Below, piece after piece: positions 57,602 to 64,000 of a stretch of 64,000 bases of DNA. Made by a program: the position numbers and the translations under genes. The DNA comes from an uncultured Candidatus Saccharibacteria bacterium. Lineage in GTDB: Bacteria > Patescibacteriota > Saccharimonadia > CAILAD01 > GCA-016700035. The stretch spans positions 21,064-85,063 of the forward strand of contig CAZTHB010000001.1 of assembly GCA_964613485.1 (NCBI GenBank), read 5' to 3'. Below the pieces are notes generated by a model that saw only the letters and a list, made by a program, of their open reading frames with translations, ran no database searches and had not been told where the DNA came from. Each line of letters opens with the position of its first letter. Within the stretch, counting starts at the first letter, position 1.

Positions 57602-58984
57602 CTATTTACAGCTACTCGTGGGTGTCGATCCGCCCAACACAGCCTTCATCCAAACGAGAGTGTCGTCGAAGCTTTTCGCCATCGTATTGTAATGAGTGGC
57701 ATCGGGGTAGATCTTGTAGGCTATGCTGTCGCCGAGCCCGCACATACGTTTGACTGCGACATCAGATTGAGCCGGCAGCACAACATTATCAAGCTTGCCA
57801 TGATTAATAAGCTTAGGCCGACCAGTCTTAACTGTTCCTGCTAGATTCGATTGTAGCTGTTGATCAAAAGTCGGGTTTACCGCCTGCAGCGAGCCTGACT
57901 TCATTGCCTCAATAAACGCTGGCGTGTAGACCTTATTGATATCACGATTACCCCAAAAAGATATATTCGTATCAATGCAATTCTTAGCGACGTTTGCCGC
58001 AAGGTTCTCGTAATATGGCGACTTCAAAATCGATGTAAGATTGTATTCTGTACCGTACCAATCCTGATAACTACGTAGTAGATACGGGCCAAACCACAAG
58101 ATATTTGCCCCTCGAGTAGTGTCTGTCAGTGTCTGTCGCACATCGGTAACCGGACCAAACCCAACTACGCCCCGCAACTTCAGTGATGGTGCGTATGTAT
58201 TTGCGAGCTGGTCTGCCCAAAGCGCTGCATGACCTCCCTGCGAATACCCACCGACTAGTACTTTTTCAATATCAATGCGATCCTTAGTAAGCCCCAATTG
58301 GGTCAAAGATTGCGCGGCATCAAGTACTGCCCTACCCTCCAGGTCGCCAACCATATAATGATGAACTCTCTTCGGGTCTCGCATCCCTTCATAGTCAGTG
58401 ATCACCGCCACATAACCATTAGCCGCATACGCCAACATGTGACTCACGTAATTCGCCCAATTGCGCTTAGTTGGGTCCTCGAGGGAAGCCGCGCAGGAGT
58501 CATCTATACCGGTTGTCCCAGGAGCAAAGCTCAGCACAGGAAGATTCTTGCCCGTCTCAGGAATAAATACTCGAGCATAAATGTCCTCAGTCGCACCATT
58601 CGCATCCTGTATCTTATATTTGAATAACTGCATCGTTACATTGACCTGAGGGCCCTTATAATTCGGCTGCGTTTGTCGAATGAGCATGCCCACTTCTTGA
58701 GTTGAATAAAGCTTTTCCGGCTCAGTCGAGACGACTACTCCGTGTGGACGTATTTTCGGTGACTCTTGATCGCCAAACAGCTGAGCCTTTTGCCCTGGAG
58801 CTGGAGCGACGGATGTAGACTGTTGCTTAAAATACAAAAATATTGCAGTACAAATTGCCGCGACGCACGCCAACAATAAGATAAATGCGAGCGTCCAAAA
58901 TACCGCACCAACTCGCTGCCAAAAAGTTTTTTTAGGGCGAGCTAAGCTTTTATGAGGGCGAGTAAGTAGTCTGGTTGGCTTCAT
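57602..58984 (-). CDS. Membrane-anchored secretory lipase (LIP family) alpha/beta hydrolase
   Basis: TM anchor; GTTGIDDSCA, TDYEG, GYSQGG nucleophile elbow, HGKLDNVV, ATH. Confidence 0.85.
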   Translation of the reverse strand: MKPTRLLTRPHKSLARPKKTFWQRVGAVFWTLAFILLLACVAAICTAIFLYFKQQSTSVAPAPGQKAQLFGDQESPKIRPHGVVVSTEPEKLYSTQEVGMLIRQTQPNYKGPQVNVTMQLFKYKIQDANGATEDIYARVFIPETGKNLPVLSFAPGTTGIDDSCAASLEDPTKRNWANYVSHMLAYAANGYVAVITDYEGMRDPKRVHHYMVGDLEGRAVLDAAQSLTQLGLTKDRIDIEKVLVGGYSQGGHAALWADQLANTYAPSLKLRGVVGFGPVTDVRQTLTDTTRGANILWFGPYLLRSYQDWYGTEYNLTSILKSPYYENLAANVAKNCIDTNISFWGNRDINKVYTPAFIEAMKSGSLQAVNPTFDQQLQSNLAGTVKTGRPKLINHGKLDNVVLPAQSDVAVKRMCGLGDSIAYKIYPDATHYNTMAKSFDDTLVWMKAVLGGSTPTSSCK

Positions 58985-59472
58985 GATAGTTCTACTCTCA
59001 TTATAGACATGTCTACCCCTGCAAGCATACCGGAAACCCGTCGGACTCGAGAAAAACCAGCATTCATAAAGAAATCATCTCGATCGTGCGTTACAAGCTG
59101 CATTGCTGGGCTCCCGTGTGATTTTGCTCGCTGCACTGCATCCAACACGAGTTTTTTACCCACTCCGAGGCCACGACTCGCTGTATCTACATAGAGCCAC
59201 AGGAGAGTCGCGGGCTCTGTACGCTCTAGTCGAATCACACAATACCCTCGCACAACCCCATTTACAGATACCAAGATGATGTTCGACTTTGGCGAAAGAT
59301 AGGCTCGAATCAATCGCAGCACTGAATGATCTCGAATCAGTTTATTCCGGAATTCAGGGGGAAAATATCGGTAATCTGCCCTCATTGATTGAATAAATAA
59401 TGTATTCATTTTAGCTATGTCTTGCAAACGCATATTTACTATTCGCACGTTGGCTGTTTTTTTATCTGCCAC
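58981..59472 (-). CDS. GNAT acetyltransferase
   Basis: LYVDTASRGLGVGKKL acetyl-CoA motif; start near 59472-59475. Confidence 0.85.
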   Translation of the reverse strand: MADKKTANVRIVNMRLQDIAKMNTLFIQSMRADYRYFPPEFRNKLIRDHSVLRLIRAYLSPKSNIILVSVNGVVRGYCVIRLERTEPATLLWLYVDTASRGLGVGKKLVLDAVQRAKSHGSPAMQLVTHDRDDFFMNAGFSRVRRVSGMLAGVDMSIMRVELS

Positions 59473-59476
59473 CAAT

Positions 59477-60079
59477 TCAGTTCCTCTGGCTAGCGACCAC
59501 GACGCGGTTTCTGCCAGTAGCCTTAGCCTCATAAAGTGCATCATCGGCTTGTTTCAAACTAACTGAGAGAGAATTTTCATCCGTAACCTCTGCTACTCCA
59601 ATACTTGCAGTTACCTGCACGGCCTCACCTTTTGTAAGTTTAATCTCCATATCGCTAATGTACGACCGTATTAACTCTGCAACGCGAGTGGCATCCTTGA
59701 TATCTGCCCCAACCAGACCTACCACAATCTCCTCGCCTCCATAACGCCCGACAATATCAAGTGCTCTCACATGCTCCTGAATGCTTCCTGCAACAGCCTT
59801 GAGGACAACATCACCCGCCGCATGTCCGTAAGTATTGTTAACATTCTTAAAGTGATCGATATCAATAAATAGGACCGAAAGACAACGCACCATCACCTTA
59901 CGCCGTTTCTCGGGGTGTTGTGACTGCCAACGCACTTCACCGGCAAGGGTCTCAAGTCGCTGCATAAGACCTCGTCGGTTGAGTATCCCTGTAAGCTCAT
60001 CTGTTACGAGCTGCGCCTCAAGGGATTGTACCTGAGCCTCAAGCTTTGCGATTCGTTCTTGTGCTACCTGGAGATCCAT
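59477..60079 (-). CDS. Diguanylate cyclase (coiled coil plus GGDEF)
   Basis: DELTGILNRR, DIDHFKNVN, RALD I-site, GGEE. Confidence 0.92.
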   Translation of the reverse strand: MDLQVAQERIAKLEAQVQSLEAQLVTDELTGILNRRGLMQRLETLAGEVRWQSQHPEKRRKVMVRCLSVLFIDIDHFKNVNNTYGHAAGDVVLKAVAGSIQEHVRALDIVGRYGGEEIVVGLVGADIKDATRVAELIRSYISDMEIKLTKGEAVQVTASIGVAEVTDENSLSVSLKQADDALYEAKATGRNRVVVASQRN

Positions 60080-61033
60080 TTAGCCCTCCTGCGTATTAGT
60101 CGAGGTAGCTTCGGTCGGTAAGGCCGCGAGATAACGCTCAGCTTCAAGTGCTGCTCGGCAACCATCGCCGGCTGCCGTGATTGCTTGTCGGTACACATGG
60201 TCTGCCACATCACCAGCCGCGAAAATACCTGCTTGATTTGTGAAGACATTGTTGTTCGCCTTGATGTAGCCCTTTTCATCAAGATCAATAATATCCTTTA
60301 CAAACTCTGTGGCTGGTTTGTGGCCGATAGCGACAAAGAGCCCCTGACAGTCTAGCTTTGTCTTCTCATTGGTCTTCAGATTCGTCAACTCTACACCTTC
60401 GACCATACTTTCACCCAAGACATCAGTCACGGCCGTATTCCATACAAACTCGATCTTCTTATGATTAAGTGCTCGGTCTTGCATAATCTTGCTAGCGCGC
60501 AACTCCGCCCGACGATGCACTACAATCACCTTCTCGGCAAAGTGCGTCAAGGTCAATGCCTCCTCCATAGCAGTATCACCACCGCCCACGACCACAACCG
60601 TCTTGTCCTTGAAGAAATACCCATCACAGGTAGCACAGGCCGAGATGCCACGCCCCATCAAGCGAGTTTCGTTCTCAAGGCCGAGCCACATGGCAGATGC
60701 CCCTGTTGAGATAATGACAGAGCGAGCTTCGATGGATTCATTCTTTAGCTTGACCACATGCGGCTGGCCTGGCGCTATAGATTCAACGTACTCGGTGATA
60801 AATTTCGCACCAAACCGCAAAGCCTGCTGCTGCATCTGCTCCATCAGCTCTGGCCCTTGGATGCCATCCTTAAAACCTGGAAAGTTCTCTACTTCACTCG
60901 TTAACAAAAGCTGACCGCCTGGGGCATCCCCGGCTATCAATACTACAGATAGAGCTGCACGAGAGGCATAAATAGCCGCCGTGTAAGCTGCGGGGCCACC
61001 ACCAATAATCGCTACATCATATACTTGTTTCAT
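60080..61033 (-). CDS. trxB: Thioredoxin reductase
   Basis: GGGPAAYTA, CATCDG, GGGDTAMEEA. Confidence 0.97.
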   Translation of the reverse strand: MKQVYDVAIIGGGPAAYTAAIYASRAALSVVLIAGDAPGGQLLLTSEVENFPGFKDGIQGPELMEQMQQQALRFGAKFITEYVESIAPGQPHVVKLKNESIEARSVIISTGASAMWLGLENETRLMGRGISACATCDGYFFKDKTVVVVGGGDTAMEEALTLTHFAEKVIVVHRRAELRASKIMQDRALNHKKIEFVWNTAVTDVLGESMVEGVELTNLKTNEKTKLDCQGLFVAIGHKPATEFVKDIIDLDEKGYIKANNNVFTNQAGIFAAGDVADHVYRQAITAAGDGCRAALEAERYLAALPTEATSTNTQEG

Positions 61034-61065
61034 ACCTCTAGTATACCTGTTTCAGCTTACTCACG

Positions 61066-61620
61066 TCACCTAGCCGGCTGTTTTGTATCACCATTACAAG
61101 TATCTGCCGCCCAAAGCCCCGTACCCGCTTCACGCGCGACCTGCTCATCTCCCCTAAATGTGTCTTGATATTTGTACGGTGTTTGATAAGTGTACTCGTG
61201 AGCAAACCCCTCTTTGAGAAGTGTTTGATTAATAAATAGCCCATCATCACGCCACACATAGGCCAGCAGGCGGTCGTATTTGTCTCGCTCTCCCTGCGTA
61301 CTATCCGACTCAAGACGAACGCTGCGTCCTGAAAGTGCGTTGGTCGTCCAGTCGGCTGCCTTTTCGCCAAAACACTGCACCGGCTTGCGTGGATCATGGG
61401 TTTCGGGGGTATCGACTCCGATAAGTCTCACTTTCTCAGTTGTGCCACGAATATCTACAGCAATGGTGTCGCCATCATAGACCTTCACAACTTTCAATAA
61501 TTCAGCCTGAGGCACCATTACGGCAGTCGGGGGATTATTTGGCACGGCACGAGCAGCTACGTAGGCCACGAGTGCAAGTAATGCGGCACTCAGCAACTTC
61601 ATTGCGCGACGCTTGGTCAT
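61066..61620 (-). CDS. Exported thermonuclease (SNase-like)
   Basis: DGDTI, VRLIGVDTPE, DKYDRLLAYV. Confidence 0.93.
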   Translation of the reverse strand: MTKRRAMKLLSAALLALVAYVAARAVPNNPPTAVMVPQAELLKVVKVYDGDTIAVDIRGTTEKVRLIGVDTPETHDPRKPVQCFGEKAADWTTNALSGRSVRLESDSTQGERDKYDRLLAYVWRDDGLFINQTLLKEGFAHEYTYQTPYKYQDTFRGDEQVAREAGTGLWAADTCNGDTKQPAR

Positions 61621-62735
61621 GAATCATTCCTCCGCACATGCTGAGCACCAGTTCGGTGCGCCGATACACTCAAGACGATACCAATCGCGGCACAATTAAT
61701 GAGCATACTCGTGCCGCCTGCTGATATAAATGGAAGCGGAATGCCCGTTACTGGCATGATTCCCATGTTCATACCAATATTAATCAATACGTGGAAAAGC
61801 AGCATGCTGCCGATCCCGATACACAGAAATGCCCCAAATCGATCATTACTCTGTAGTGCTACGAGAAAAATGCGAGCAATTAAGATACAAAACAACATAA
61901 TTGTAATGGCAGCACCCACAAAGCCCAACTTCTCAGCCAGCACTGCGAATATAAAATCAGTATGTTGCGACGGCAAGAAATTTAACTGGCTCTGACTGCC
62001 GGCAGTGAGACCTCGACCAAACCAACCGCCTGAACCGACTGCGATGACTGACTGCACCACATTATAGCCAATGCCAAGTCGATCAGCCTGCGGGTTCAAG
62101 AGAACCTGCAGTCGACTTTTCTGATATGGTGCTAGGAATTGATAGATAATCGGCAGCGTCAATACGCCCGCACCACCCGCCATCGCAAGGTAGCGCTTCG
62201 GCAAAAGCGTTGCCATAGTCATCGCTAGCCAAATCACCATAAAGACGAGCCCCGTACCTAAATCAGGCTGGCCTACTACCAAAACTACTAACGGCAACAA
62301 TATAAGGATCGATATTAATGTATAACGTATGTGTTTCGTGAGATTGTACACGCGACTCAGATATGTTGCTAATGCAATGATAAAGGCTAACTTCGAAAAC
62401 TCTGATGGCTGAAACTGAAAGAACCCGAGATTAATCCAGCGCTGCGCCCCAAGGGCTGATTTACCAACAAACTCAACCGCGATAAGAGCTATAAGTGTTA
62501 TTACATACATTGGCACAACATAACTCTTGAGACTCCGGTAATCTAACCGTAATAAGACGAGCAATACGACAACCCCAGCAGCAGCGTAAAGAAGCTGTCG
62601 TGTCGTGTCGAGCTCTGCAGTCGTTTCGGATGGCTTGATACCCGAAGAATACAAAACAAGCAGGCCAATCGCGACAAGCAGACCGCTTGTCGCGACTATG
62701 ACCCAATCCAGCCTACGAAGCCCCACCCTCTTCAT
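61617..62735 (-). CDS. rodA: SEDS peptidoglycan polymerase RodA
   Basis: GAQRWI, QPSEFSK, QPDLGT, HTDFIF, PLPFISAGG. Confidence 0.93.
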   Translation of the reverse strand: MKRVGLRRLDWVIVATSGLLVAIGLLVLYSSGIKPSETTAELDTTRQLLYAAAGVVVLLVLLRLDYRSLKSYVVPMYVITLIALIAVEFVGKSALGAQRWINLGFFQFQPSEFSKLAFIIALATYLSRVYNLTKHIRYTLISILILLPLVVLVVGQPDLGTGLVFMVIWLAMTMATLLPKRYLAMAGGAGVLTLPIIYQFLAPYQKSRLQVLLNPQADRLGIGYNVVQSVIAVGSGGWFGRGLTAGSQSQLNFLPSQHTDFIFAVLAEKLGFVGAAITIMLFCILIARIFLVALQSNDRFGAFLCIGIGSMLLFHVLINIGMNMGIMPVTGIPLPFISAGGTSMLINCAAIGIVLSVSAHRTGAQHVRRNDS

Positions 62736-62740
62736 ATACC

Positions 62741-64000
62741 CTACTCCGAACGCTGCAAGGTAATAAGAAGCTCGGCGCTATTCAGCGACACAGTAGTGCT
62801 AGACTCATACTCTGCGTCGTGATCAAGCCGAGTAGCGAGAGTCTCTGCCTTCAGTTCATTGGCGTATGTTTTAATCGCGGACAACAAAGCCTGATCGTCA
62901 GTTTTAAGCGAAAGAACTATCCGGTTGTCAACTGCTAATCCCGCTTGCTTACGAGCCTCCTGAATATGCCGCATAATATCGCGCGCAAGGCCTTCTTGCC
63001 TAAGCTTATCGGTTAGTTCTGTATCAAGCACTACTTGCAATGACTCCCCGGTACGACAGATGACATGTTTTACATTTAACTCTTCTGACACGATTGCCTT
63101 CATATCATCATCCAGCTGCATACCTACTAGCTCTACCTGATTCAGTGGCTGACGAACTTTAATACCAGCTCGAGCTCTTTGCGACAAGCCTTCGGTAACA
63201 GCCTCACGCAAGGCGGCCATATTGCGGACTAGCTCTTCGTTCGGAGCTTTTAGAGTTGGCCAATCACTCAAGTGTACCGACTCCGGTGCACCCTGCACAC
63301 CTTGCATAATACCTTGCCAAACTTCCTCCGCTACAAATGGCGCCCAAGGGGCCATTAGTTGAGCTGTGGTGGCGACTACATGGTGTAATGTATTGTATGC
63401 AGCTATCTTATCGCTATCGTCACCCGACTTCCAGAACCGACGACGGCTTCGACGGATATACCAATTTGATAAATCATCTAGAAAAACGGTTATCTCACGC
63501 ATAGCACGCGACGTGTCAAAGATGTCGATTGACTCCGTCATCAAACGAACCGTTTCGCTCAATCGACCCAATATCCATGCATCAAGCACATGCCGAGAAT
63601 CGGGAGCCTGCCCGTACTGAGCCGGAACAAATGCGTCTACCGATGCATACATTGAATAAAATCCATACACATTCTTAAATCGCGCTATTACATTGCGCTG
63701 GACCTCCTGTAGAGCACTCGGATCATAAATTGCAGTCTCCCCGGTCCCAAGCGCACTACCCAACAAGTAAAACCGCACTGCATCAGCTCCTGCAGTAGCA
63801 AAAAGATCATGAATATCAGGATAATTACCAAGCCGCTTACTAAGCTTGCGCCCATCACTACCCAAGAGAATACCGTGAGCAACTGCATTCTTGAACGCCG
63901 GCTTACCGAAGAGTGCAACACTCATTACATGTAGCGTGTAAAACCAGCCGCGTGTTTGTCCAATGTATTCGGTAATAAAATCACACGGATGACCAGATTC
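62741..64000 (-). CDS. ileS: Isoleucine--tRNA ligase (type 2-like), C-terminal part; gene starts beyond the window
   Basis: DFITEYIGQTRGWFY, KLSKR (KMSKS), LSNWYIRRSRRRFW, EGLARD C-terminal domain. Confidence 0.95.
   Translation of the reverse strand, partial: ESGHPCDFITEYIGQTRGWFYTLHVMSVALFGKPAFKNAVAHGILLGSDGRKLSKRLGNYPDIHDLFATAGADAVRFYLLGSALGTGETAIYDPSALQEVQRNVIARFKNVYGFYSMYASVDAFVPAQYGQAPDSRHVLDAWILGRLSETVRLMTESIDIFDTSRAMREITVFLDDLSNWYIRRSRRRFWKSGDDSDKIAAYNTLHHVVATTAQLMAPWAPFVAEEVWQGIMQGVQGAPESVHLSDWPTLKAPNEELVRNMAALREAVTEGLSQRARAGIKVRQPLNQVELVGMQLDDDMKAIVSEELNVKHVICRTGESLQVVLDTELTDKLRQEGLARDIMRHIQEARKQAGLAVDNRIVLSLKTDDQALLSAIKTYANELKAETLATRLDHDAEYESSTTVSLNSAELLITLQRSE

Noticed and set aside
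1-64000. CRISPR array, rRNA or alternative genetic code
   Set aside because: No regularly spaced repeats or rRNA-like sequence; core genes are intact under code 11 with TGA used as stop

Overview
Chromosomal window from a small-genome Patescibacteria (CPR) bacterium, most likely Saccharibacteria-like (inferred from gene content: DUF5663-like protein, PEGA protein, sortase plus an LPETG substrate, two mreB, ftsEX-CHAP-CHAP-S41 cluster, Rpf). Most of it is roughly 50% GC housekeeping DNA: translation (rpsB, tsf, frr, prfA, prfB, prmC, serS, class I lysS, ileS, rpmA, rpmE, rplU, tRNA-Leu), cell wall and division (murA, mreBCD, pbp2, rodA, ftsEX, LCP, parAB), secA, lepB, pyrG, xseAB, greA and trxB. 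Many core genes look leaderless (-10 box 6-9 nt before the start). Scattered among them are accessory units built differently: a sigma70-type promoter, a longer leader, a strong Shine-Dalgarno and an intrinsic terminator. They include a GC-rich three-gene island (about 21.9-26.1 kb), a zinc-ribbon gene pair of a family I associate with Actinobacteria, an Rpf gene and two small orphans. In several of them the 5' UTR is complementary to the 3' UTR just after the stop codon, so the mRNA could close into a panhandle; this is the best candidate for an undescribed system here. Other points: probable ATC and CTG starts in two cell-wall genes, a Cys-to-Asp MurA and a giant effector-like membrane protein. 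No CRISPR array, integrase or transposase was seen. All calls are by eye; no database searches were run.
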